Assembly: GCA_023213395.1 (NCBI GenBank)
Contig: CM041465.1
Coordinates: forward strand, 83,707,741 to 83,771,740
DNA length: 64,000 nt
Direction: 5' to 3'
Origin: Cycas panzhihuaensis
Taxonomy: Eukaryota; Plantae; Cycadophyta
Shown: in pieces, positions 39,154-50,754 of the stretch
Position numbering within the stretch: position 1 is the first letter of the stretch
Layout: every line of letters starts with the position of its first letter
Made by a program: the position numbers and the translations under genes
Notes under the pieces: generated by a model
Database searches by the model: none
What the model was told of the DNA's origin: nothing
What the model saw: only the letters and a program-made list of their open reading frames with translations

Positions 39154-42098
39154 AAAGAATTAGAGTCATACACCCTAAGCTAAAGTCCTTGAATATGTGC
39201 AAAATATTTGATTATCTTAAAAGTAAGGGACTTCTTCCTATTCACCATCATGGATGGCATAACAAGAAGTTGAACTAAAGAGTGAGAGGAGAAGATATGA
39301 AGGAGATAAGAGACTTTAACAGGATAAGATAAGGCAAGACTGTGATCATAAGAGAAAGTACATTTGGCACTTCTCTAGCATGGTTACTATAATGTTCACT
39401 CAAAAATTAGATAGTCTTGAGAAAACTAGCCCTCTCATAGAGAGATGGGGTGGAAGAGAGGAAGGCGACAAAATTGACATGATAACAAACTCATAATAAA
39501 GAACTATGAGGAATGAAAAGACAGTAAAAGAACTAATCCTGATTTAAAGAGACTAAGAAGAAAGAGAAATAGAAAATGGTAATATAGAAAAGAAAGAATA
39601 AGAAGCTAATAAGTCACCACACTATAGTTTTTTACCCCTTATGTTAAGGGGTCCTTGTTAAATATATATGTGCATGTTGCACCCATACTTAAACCTTAGA
39701 GGAATAAGAAACCTTACAAGGCATACAACATCTCACCAGTTTATAATAAATGATAAGACTCCATGGTTCTCCTTATATCACCTCCTAGAAGGGGAACTAT
39801 CTCTTTATAACTTCTTAGTGTTTCTCACATGATATACTGATAATAAATTTGTTTCATTAGGAATCTTGAGTTTGTATATTCAACTGACTACTTTATAGGC
39901 ATTGTTCCTACCATAGATAGCTAGAATAAGAGTAAGCAAACTTAACAATATAGCTATGATGTATTTCAAGTAATGATAAGTAAATGCAACCATAATAAAC
40001 TACACTTACCTAAGCATGTCAAGAAAGTATATAAAACTAAGCTATGCAACTTCAAGAAAATAAGCATGTAATAAACATATAATCAACATGTAACCATGAG
40101 TTATATGTTCTAAATGCACCTACACTTGGCTTCCCCTAGTAAATTTCATACAAATAAATGTAAGGACAAGAAATAAAAAGGGTGAGAGATGAAGGGAATT
40201 GCCCTTTAATTTCTTTTTTCTTTTTATCTATTCTTTTTAAAATTTTAATTTTATTTATTTTTCTTTTTTACTATTTTGCTTTATACTTTAGGGTATGTTT
40301 TTTAGTAAAAAAATGCTCTAAAGGTAAAAAATATGCAACATGCCACTAAATGAGGAAATGTTATGCAAACAGATATTAGATGAATCCTTTTACTACTTAT
40401 AGCATCAAAATGAAATGAATTTAAAATGAATGAATATAAATCCACTTCTATTGCTTAAAAGCAATTGATCGGTCACCTAAACAAGAGGTAACTAGTAAAG
40501 AAGGAAACCTTAGAACAAGAAGTAACCAAAAGTATAAAAGATCAAATTGTAGAAATTGTATATGAAAGAGGGGTAAGCACCTCAAATCCATTCTCAAAAG
40601 GCATATGAGTCTTCTCTTAATACTAGCAACTAAATAGGGAGATGAGGTAATGAATATGTAATCTAGGTGGGTTTAAGATACAATAGGGAGATTAGTCCCA
40701 AACAATGCCACAATCAAGGTAAAGCCTATTGATTAGAACCCAAATCACAAGAGAGAAAAGATGACAATAATGAACCTCAGGGAATACAAAAGAAGTAAGC
40801 CTATAATAATAAGCAAACCCTAAATAGCTAAAGTAATAATAAGAAAGATGAACTTTAAACAAGTTTGCTAATTAGAAAGTAATCCATTCAAATCATAACA
40901 AACAAAATAAGTAATAGGAAAGTGGGGGACAAGAGCTATCTAAGTATCAAGCATAAAAATAACCATGAAATAGAGAGAATGTAAGGGAAACATCTCAATC
41001 CAATACATAAGTAATGGAATATACTTGAGCATGATAAGAGAGAAGATCTATGCGAAATCTCCTAAGAAAAATAAGAGATTCGTGTAATTTAAGGGAAAAA
41101 TTACCCAAAAATAAGAGAAAGGGTTAAACTATCACTAAATTACTTATAAATCTAAAGAGAAAAGAAAGAAAATCCAACCATTAAGAAGCGATTGATTATT
41201 GGAATTGTTAGAAAATTAATGTTCTATCTTTTGTATTGTATTCTAAAGTTAACTTGAGGATTGTGTATTTAACCCCTCTTTAATATATTGATGACACTTT
41301 GCCTACATGCATAGGCCTTCTTATATACATATGATATATTTATATGAGAGTTTTTCTCTTTCATTAATGCATTGAAGCCCTATTTTCATCGATCTATTTT
41401 TGTTTTGAGATGGTATCAAAGTAGGTATGCTAATTTAAGCCTGATAAAAGATAGATTTAAATTTTTTAAAGGATTCAATTTGAGAGAGTTGTTAAAAAAG
41501 TAACTGCAAAGGTTTTAAGAAGAAAAAGATACAGTACAACTTTATTAATTATAATATAAAAAAATATAAGAACCGTATAGATCTATACAAATGAAGGAAT
41601 TTTAAAGTGCTTAGAATTTAATAAAATTTTGTGAAGATCAAACTATTCCAAAGCCATAAATTTAAAGTCTTCTTTAGTGAGAAATCACAAATTTATAGGG
41701 TGCCTGTTTAAAGCTTTAATCTGATTTTTTTCTCAGATTTCTTTGGTTTTCCAGGTAAAATCTATCCTAATCCCTTCGATTAAATAATATCTTTCATTTG
41801 GATACAAGTTTATTGAATTTTATTGGAGATTTGAAGAGTTCTAAGTAATTTTCTCTCAAAAACCTTATTCAGCCCTGCCATTTTTAAGCTATTTTCTAAA
41901 GAATTTAGTAAGATTTTAAAAAAATATATAGATTCAAGAAGGGGATAATCTTAGCTTTCTTTTGAGATGACCTTTTTCTAGTTTTGAATTGTTGTACTTT
42001 TCTATATAAATCTATATAGTCATATGACCATACAACCTTCTCATAGTTTTATACTTTTATTTGACATTCCTTCTCCATATATAGTAAATCAACTTAAA

Positions 42099-45000
42099 AT
42101 GGCTTTAGTTTTTTACCTTAGGGAGTCTAATAAACTTATAAGGTAAAACTATAACATATGAAAGCTAAAAATATAAGTACTTTTAATTGTAAAAAATTTA
42201 TGGGATATAGCCATATAGAAGGAATCTAAACCCATTAACATAATGGATGGGATTAACTGGGAAGCGAGGGATAGAATTGCATTGGATATAATTATGTTAT
42301 CTCTAGGAGACTCCTTCTTAAGCCACATAGGTACAAACACCACCTCTCCAAAGGCTTAAAGAATTATAGCTTCATTTTAGAGCCAAAAGAATGAAGTCCA
42401 AATAACATCTCAAAGAAGGAAAAAATATCTTAAATTTCATAACTAAGATTATTGAGATTAAGAATAGTCTAACCTTTATAGGAGATACTATAACTAACTA
42501 TAAGCTTGCCTGTTTAATAATTAATAAATTACCAAAATCATTTGATACTATGGCAAATATGCTTACCAGAGGAGGGCATACAATTGATATATCATTTGGC
42601 ACCTTGATAGGACACATACTATAACAAGAGCAAAAGAACAAAAGATATGAAGAAGGAATTGACATTGAAGAAGATTTTCTCTTAAAATGAAGTTTAGAAA
42701 GTAGGGGATGATGTAGAAGCTTAATGAAAGGATGAAGTAGATCTACCAAAGGGTGGACTAGGACTAAAGTAGAAAATTGAAATAGATCCATCTGGCCTTC
42801 TAAAGGATAAGGAAGAACCACATGGATGTTGGAAGGAAGAGGAAGATATTCATTTCAAGTGTCCAAAGCATTTTTCTAATATGGAGGTATAGACATCTTG
42901 CTTATGATTACATAATATAAAATTTTCTAAACAATTATTATTGTAGGAGAATAAGACACTCTTCTAATTATTATCCACAAAACTATGTTGGCATTTAGAG
43001 AGGGAAAATAATGGAAGGAAGTTATAGCCATGAATAGGTAGAACATGAAGATAAAGAACTTACCTTTATCAGTGCCTTGATTATGCTTACCTATAAAAAT
43101 GAAGATTGGTATATAGACTTTGGAGTATCTAATCATATATTTGGTTGAAGAGATTGATTTGAGATGCTGAGACCATACTTCAATAAAATTATTAATCTAA
43201 ATAATAAATTTCCTTTACAAATTAAAGGGGAAGGAATAATTACTATTTCAATTAATGATAGAATTTTAAAAATTAGAAAGTCCCTTATTTTCTAGGTAAA
43301 AAAGAATCTTTTATTTATATCCCAATTAAGAAAAGAGGGAGTTAGGGTTATCTTTAATGAATATAAAAGATGTCACATCTTTGACATGAAAAATAATTAC
43401 ATTATAATTATATAAGGAGTCTAAATTGACAACCTTTATAAACTAGTTTCTATTCCTATTCTACTTGATCCATTTATAAAATCTCTTATTATTAACAACT
43501 CCATTAATAAAATATAGAATTCAAAGTATGGACACATTGCAAATAAATGATTAGAATTATTAAAAATTTCTAATATGGTGATTAATCTTCCTAAGATGTC
43601 TTTTGACTCTTTTATATGCAAAAGTTGTATGATTGCTAAACAACATTCAGTTCCTTTCTAGAAGAGCATATGGACATCATATAAAAGGTTAGAATTAATT
43701 TGTAATGATTTATGTGGACTAATAACACCAAATTCAATAAATAGGATAAGGTATTTTCTTACCTTTATTAATGAAATTTTCAAAGAACTTAGATTTATTT
43801 ATTTTTAGTAGATCAAAAGTTTTAGATCACTTCAAAGAGTTTAAAGCATAAATAGAATTAAAAAGTGAATGTAAAATCAAAATTCTCTAATCTAATAGAG
43901 GAGAAGAATATATCTCAAATGACAATTTTTACTTTTGTAAGATAAACAGGATATAAAAGCAAGTCACTACTCCATATATGACATAATCAAATGGAGTAGT
44001 TGAATGAATGAATAGGATAATAATGGATATAGCTTAGAGTACGATAAGTAAAAAAGTAACATTGAAGGCATACTAGGTTGAAGTAGTCAACTTGGTAGTA
44101 TATCTCATTAACTAAAGTCCTACATAATCTTTGGATAAGAAAACTCTTAAAGAAATGTAGACTAGAAGAAAACTAGATGTAAGTCACCTTAAAATCTTTG
44201 GTAGTAAAACTTACATTCATATTCTTGATAAAAAGAGAACTAAATTAGATGATAAAAGAATTGAATATATTAAGATTGGGTATAATAACAAATCTAAGGC
44301 ATATAGATACATAGCTCCAAAGACAAACATAATCTGTATTAGTAGAGACATAATTTTTTATGAACAGATAAATCAAAAGGATAATATAGTGCATAGATAG
44401 ACTGAAGGAAATACACAATTATGCGTATCAATTAAATAAATTTTTGAAGTTGCTAGTACAAAAAAAGATAGATCAGAAAGTGAACTTCAAGAATAAAGAA
44501 ATCAAGGGGTCTATGAACAACAACAATAAGTCATGTCTAAAGTTAAGTAAATTTTTTTCTGAAGATGAAAAAAATTCTTATTAAAGAAGTAGTGATGAAG
44601 CACCAAAAAGATAACCCAAGTGGTACATCAAGACTCTTAAAGAATCAAGAGGTAATATTTTTAAATAAAAAACCAGACCATAGAAACACCAAGGTTAAAT
44701 GTGCTTAGTTGAAGCATAGAATTATTTAGAAGCATGTGATCATCTAGAATGCCAAAAGGTTATGGATGTTGAAATTAGTACCATCAAAAAAAATAAGACC
44801 CAAAAATTAGTTGATGCTCTCATAGATAAATCCATTATTAGTTGTAAATGGGTATACAAAATAAAAGAAAAGTTTAATGGAATAATCAAAAGCTACAAGG
44901 TAAGATTGGTTATAAAAGGTTATACTCAAACAAAAGGCATTAATTACAAGGAAACATTTTTACTAATAGCCAAGTTGATAACTATGCGAATAGTTATAGC

Positions 45001-48000
45001 CATAGCAACATAATTCAAATAGAATATCATGTAACTTGATGTTAAAAGTACCTTTCTAAATGGTGTCTTGACTACAGAAGTGCATATGCAATAGTCAACA
45101 AGATATATAAAAAGAAATGAAGAACATCTTGTGTGTAAGATGAAAAATTCCTTGTGTAAACTAAAATAGGCACCTAAAATGTGGTATAGAAAATTAGATC
45201 AACATTTATGATAAACAAGTTTCTATAAATGTGACATAAACCCTAGTTTTTACATTAAAATAAATAAAGATAATTTAATAATTATTATTGTAGTTTATAT
45301 AGACAACATGATATATACAAGAAATGATAATAATACAACTTGTAAAATTAAACTATAGATGGAAAAAAAATTAAAATGATAGGTATGTGTCTACTTCATT
45401 ACTATCTAGGTACTGAAGTTAATCAATAAAAGGATTCTATTTCATATCCTAAACAAAATATGTCAGAAAATGTCTTCAAAAATATAGAATGGAGGATTGC
45501 AATAACTATGCCACTCCAATAGAAACTGGATGAGTTTTAAATACTGATGATAATGGATAGCTAATGGATAAAGCCTTGTGCAGATAACTAGTAGGTAGTC
45601 TTATCTACCTCACATCTATCAAACTTGATATTTCATATTTAGTTAAAGTTTTCTCTAGATATATATAACATCCAAAATTCTCTCTTTGGAATGTTGTTAA
45701 GAGACTTCTAAGGTACATTGAAGGAATCTAAATAACGGGTCTTAACTATACTTAAGCTTTAAATCTTTATCTAATTAGTTATAATGACTTAGATTGGACT
45801 ATGAAATTTATAGAAAGGTTAGCATAATATGATTTCTATGCTTGTAGGTTTTATATAAGACTTAGGGTGCGAAGTCTCACCATAGGTAGGTAAATCCTAT
45901 GATGCCAACTTAGGCATTTGTGCACTTTTTAAGCACAATTGTAAGGGAACATATGTCAATAGCCTAGGAAGCTAAACTAAGGGCAAACTGTATATGTTCA
46001 TGCATATGGAGGTCAATTAACAATAGGGTTATGATGAATCTTTTCCTTCTCTCTTTTTCTTTGGTTCTTTCTATCAAAACCCTAAGGCTATCTAAAGGCA
46101 AAATATCATACACACCTAATGAAAACTATATATGTTCTTTTCTTTTTGGATGAAATCAATCACTAACCTAATCTTAGCTTCTATAATATATCCTCTCATG
46201 GATTTAAGACTCATAATAATATGATTCCTCCTTACATCTTAGGTTTGTAATGAAATAAAAAATAATTGATTCTACCCCTTACTCCTATTATGAATGCAAT
46301 GTACCTATGTATAATAAAAGTAAAAAAAATGTAAATATTTTCTTTTTTCTTTTCCTTTTTTTTTTAAGGGGGAAAAATGAGAAAGTAGGAAGCAAGATAT
46401 TATGCCTTTTCTTTTCCTTTTGCTTTCTTTTCTTTTAAAGATAAAGTAAAGAAACTTTGGTGTTTTTTTTTTTTTTAAAAAAAAAAAAAAAGATATAAAC
46501 CATAAATAAAACCAACAAGGGTATACTTGGTGGTAAGAAGGTTGAAGTATATTGTTTCTCCCCTATAACATGTCAATGATATTCCAAATAGAGCAAAGAG
46601 GGCAAAAAAGATACTACTAGCCTATTTTGAGAAAATTTTGGTAGTATTTCTACTTATTGAATGGACTTATGATGAAAAAAAGAATGATGAAAGAGTGAAA
46701 ATTGAAAGAAACATGGAAATAAAATATTAACTTTACCTCCCTAAAGTGATGGTTGATTTGGATTACTTGGAAAATAGTGTATGACTTGAAGGTCTTATAA
46801 GTCTTTTCCCCTTCCCTACACATATATTAGTATCCTGTAAGATAAGCAATCCTACAAGTAATCCAATGCTATAAACATATATATCTCACAAATGATTAAC
46901 AAGCAAATACTTCAAGTATAAGAAGCAACTTCTAATCTATGAGACAAAATGAAAGAGATTGGGTAGAGGAGCCCTAGATTGACCATCATCCCCAAATATA
47001 TTAAGGGTCACCTAAGTGTACTAAGGAGTGAGAAAACATACACTTATGGGATGAAGTAAAATTGTCAAACAAAAGAAACTCATAAGAAAATCCTACCATT
47101 CACTCATATAATCATGGTATAAAGATAGAAAACATATGGAGGAAGACGTAATAACCATAACAACAAGAAGTGGATTACCTATACCTTTAAGAGGATTGAT
47201 GGCCAATGACAGCTATTGTTTTCCTTTAAGGGCTCCTAAATTACTCATGGTATTATACTTTCAATCTCCAAGTGAATGCTAGCAAGGTAGATCAAGTGCT
47301 AAGTTTCTAGAGAAAATTTAGCAACATGATGGAAGGGTAACATAATCTCTAAAGTCTCCTCCCCTCATTTGGAAAAAGGAGAGGATTATATAGAAGAAAT
47401 CAAGGTTAGGGGTTGGTGGTTTTTTGCTTATAATTTTAGGAAAACCATCAGCCTAAAACCATGACTTTTGCTCATGGTTTAAAGAATTTGGCTTGGGAAG
47501 AAGAAGATTTTGGCCTCTTGGGCCTCCTAAATTTAACATGGTCCAACCTAGGGCCGATGCAATTTGTCTAGGCTTAACATCAGGCATTAATAAGTTAATT
47601 GTCACCATAAATCTCAAATCTAGGTTGGTGATAATCATACCATGAATATATTTATGGTACCATAGACATGTTTATAATACCATAAAGTACTTTATAGTGC
47701 CACTATTATAGATAAAAATTAGAGTGGTATGGAAATATATTAAGTTTTCTCATAAAGTTAATCATGTAATCAAGTAAAACTCATCAATGGTAGACTTTAG
47801 TAGTAGCAACAATTAACAATAAGTGGTAAGGAGATGAAAATAAAACCTAACAAGCAAAAATAAAACAAAAATCAATGAGGAAATAAAGTTGTAGATGAAG
47901 GAGGTAACACAATTTCTAGCCTAAGAAGCCTGATGGGTAGACTAAACGACCATGGACCACAGTTATACTCATTATTAGAATAAAGAGGATAAGGATAAAT

Positions 48001-48560
48001 AGCCAACCAAACTAACTAAGCATATATCAACTAAAGAAAATTAAATATAGACTAATAAGATGTGAAAAAAGTAGAGAGGCATACCTGTACTTACCCATTT
48101 ATTTACCAAATCCAAGCCCATTCCCAAAAGCTATGAAATAGACTAGAGCTAAACAAGAAAGAAAATCCATGATAGGATATTACTTCTCTCTTGGGTTTAT
48201 TATTGTATCTTAGAGTAGTAATAAATAATTCATTATAGCTTTTTTATCTATCAAAGTTGAGTACAAGGTAGTTGTTATTACCACATATGAAGTAATATAC
48301 ATTAGATAACTTCTTAAGGATTTAAAATAAGAATAATGCCAATTTACCTCCATTTTTTGTGATAACTAGAGTGTTATCAAACTAATAAAGAAGTCATGTT
48401 AGAATAAAACACATTGAAGTCCATTATTATTTTATTAGAGAAAAAGTATAAACCAAAGAGATAAACATGTTATACTATAACGATAAAGACCAACTTATCA
48501 AAATTCTCATAAAACCACTTTCAAAAGATAAATTTCAATACTTTAGGTAACTTTTTGGTG
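42099..48560 (+). pseudogene. copia gag-pol pseudogene of H (RNase H interrupted by solo LTR I)
   Basis: WYIDFGVSNHI (protease); NGVVE*MNRIIM (integrase); ORF 44762-45013 SCKWVYKIK...YKVRLVIKGYTQ.KGINYKETF (RT); RNase H DW|RAKQERKS...KHIEVHYYFIRE. Confidence 0.9.
45801..48140 (-). mobile_element. Element I: ~2.3-kb solo LTR (Tat/Ogre-like group) in the RNase H region of H
   Basis: H reading frame breaks after gattggact (45800) and resumes gactagagct (48141), with GACT duplicated; right end cccattcccaaaagctatgaaata resembles the ends of E and C. Confidence 0.8.
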
Positions 48561-48706
48561 TTAAAGACAAAAGATAAAACATTAAGAGAGGGTGTTAGAG
48601 AAATAATGTTCTATCTTCTATATTGTATTCTAAAGTTAACTTGAGGGTTATATGTCTAACCCCTCTTTAATATATTGATGACGCTTGGCCTACATACATA
48701 GGCCTT

Positions 48707-48708
<2 letters not shown>

Positions 48709-48757
<49 letters not shown>
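48709..48757. repeat. (TA)~24 microsatellite inside the 3' LTR of H
   Basis: Directly visible. Confidence 0.98.
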
Positions 48758-48760
<3 letters not shown>

Positions 48761-49769
48761 ATTTTCTCTCTTATTAATGCATTGAAGCACTATCTTCATT
48801 AATCTATTTTTATTCTAGTAGGAGTAAGTCAAGAAGTAATACTATAAAGAGAAACTGCTTCTTCAAGCCACATCATTAAGAGAAAAGCCTCCAAGTGATG
48901 AAACATTATAAGTAATTGATCTAAAATACTATAAATGATATTATAGCCCTAAGAATTAAGAGAGAGCTACTAACCTTATTCCACAAGTAGGTAATAATGT
49001 GAACACACACCAAGCACCCCTCTAAAGTAAGAATGATCAATTACCACAACTCAAAATAAAAAAGGATAAAGTCTCAAAGAAAAGAATAAACACAAGATCA
49101 ATGGAGTAACAAAAAATGACCTTTAAAACAAATGGACTTTTGGAATTAAATATGGCACTATAGAACATGATTTTGCATAAGAAACCACTATATTTTTTGG
49201 CCATACTATTCCTGGCCATATTGGGTCTGGTAGAAAAATAAAAATAGAAAGTAAAACACTAAGAAAATTGTGATTTTTTCTAATTCTAGAGTTGCATAGT
49301 TGAAATCACCAAAATCAAGTTGATACTACTACATTAACACTAATACTACTACAATTTAGGTAGTATCACAAAAAACTAAGCTACAATATTGTAATGTTGT
49401 TAAAATTCTAGTAATACTACCATAGAATGAGCCACAATATTATAATGCCACTAAAAATTTTGGTAGGATAAGTGTTATTTTGGTGTTATGATATTTCTAA
49501 ATCATAGAAAAACAAATAAAACAAGAGTTTAAAAAGGTAAAAATAATTAAACCAACATCCAATTAATGTTAAACAACTAGCCAAAGTAGATGAGAAGAGG
49601 GATAATAAGTAATGTGAAAGAGACAAGGCCTATAGTCCTTATACAATAAAAGTTTTGTTTATAATCATAAGTGGCATAAGATTGGAGATTTAAAGTGTAA
49701 GTTGATGATGTATTAAATAAGTCATATCATATTAGATAATATAGACTTTCAAGTTTAAAATTTTAAAGT

Positions 49770-50022
49770 TATGGATAAATCATGATTGGATCCTAACTTT
49801 TGACTCCTCTCTTAAAATAACCTAGTTCATATGTTAAACATCTTGAAAGAGGTATATTTCTTTAACTTTTAAGTTTAAAATTTTAAGTTATTATTAGTCA
49901 ATAACTTTAAAATTTTAAACTTAAAAGTTAAAAAATATACCTCTTTTAAGATGTTTAGCACAAAAATTGGGTTGTTTTAAGAGAGGAGTCAAAAGTTAGG
50001 ATCCAATCATGATTTATCCATA
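49770..50022. repeat. 253-bp foldback (inverted repeat, ~122-bp arms, ~7-nt loop)
   Basis: Outer 48 bp (tatggataaatcatgattggatcctaacttttgactcctctcttaaaa) are a perfect reverse complement; about ten differences in the remainder. Confidence 0.95.
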
Positions 50023-50754
50023 GGAAGTAAGAGTGAAAATAATATCTAACTATTAAAGAGGTCAAAAATATGAGAAATAAGACTTTTATAAAACTATAAA
50101 ATTTTAAAATAAGTTTTCATCATTGAAGTTTTTTTATTTTATTAATCCATTATTATCTCTTGAAATTCTTATGTACATCTTATATGTTTGTCAAGTCAAA
50201 ACTCTATTCCATTACTCTTACTAAGACATTACTAGACTAAGATCCTCTATACACATAGGGCTTAATAGTATACCAATCCCTTAACCAACTAGAGCTAGTT
50301 CCCTAGTAGAAGTATGGTTACATTAATGTGATTTACCTATTAAAACTTATCTATAAAAATTTAGGCTATTAAGTTATTTTGGTAGTTATGTAGGTATGAA
50401 AGAGTAAGTGGGTTGACTCTATACTTGAATTTTAGGAGTGTGTTTTGAAATCATACTTAGTTAAGTGGCCTTCTCTAGAGAGACCATAAGGGACTCTATC
50501 TTACCATTACTCATACTATTTAGAATTATTAAAGTAATCATATGGTTTACCTTAGCATTTGTTGCTAAAGTTGGAGATGATTATGCTAGTAGGGTACATG
50601 CTATAATACTAGGGGAGACCACCTAGTAACCTTTATTTAGAGGAGTGGATAGATAGCCTTAGTAAATTTAAATTAGTCTTTTCTATCTTCCTATAAAAAT
50701 AATATTATCATTGTAGCTTAGTACTAGTATTTCCTTTGTAATAGGTTGACCTCT

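Larger units (their letters stand above)
41206..48820 (+). mobile_element. Element H: full-length decayed Ty1/copia with short LTRs, inserted in the LTR of F
   Basis: LTRs 41206-41410 and 48593-48820; PBS TGGTATCAAAGT 41411-41422; PPT aagagaggg before 48593; TSD ggaat/ggagt. Confidence 0.92.
36800..49700 (-). mobile_element. Element F: Tat/Ogre-like gypsy relative with gag but no visible protease/pol; 5' LTR (from 39393) split by copia H; outer LTR end uncertain
   Basis: PBS-like tctctagcatggttacta at 39372-39389; gag homologous to C and K; LTR-like non-coding sequence 39393-41205 resumes after the H TSD at 48821. Confidence 0.65.

Noticed and set aside
46463-46491. T14-A15 perfect palindrome in solo LTR I
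   Set aside because: Adjacent homopolymer runs explained by slippage; no evidence of function.
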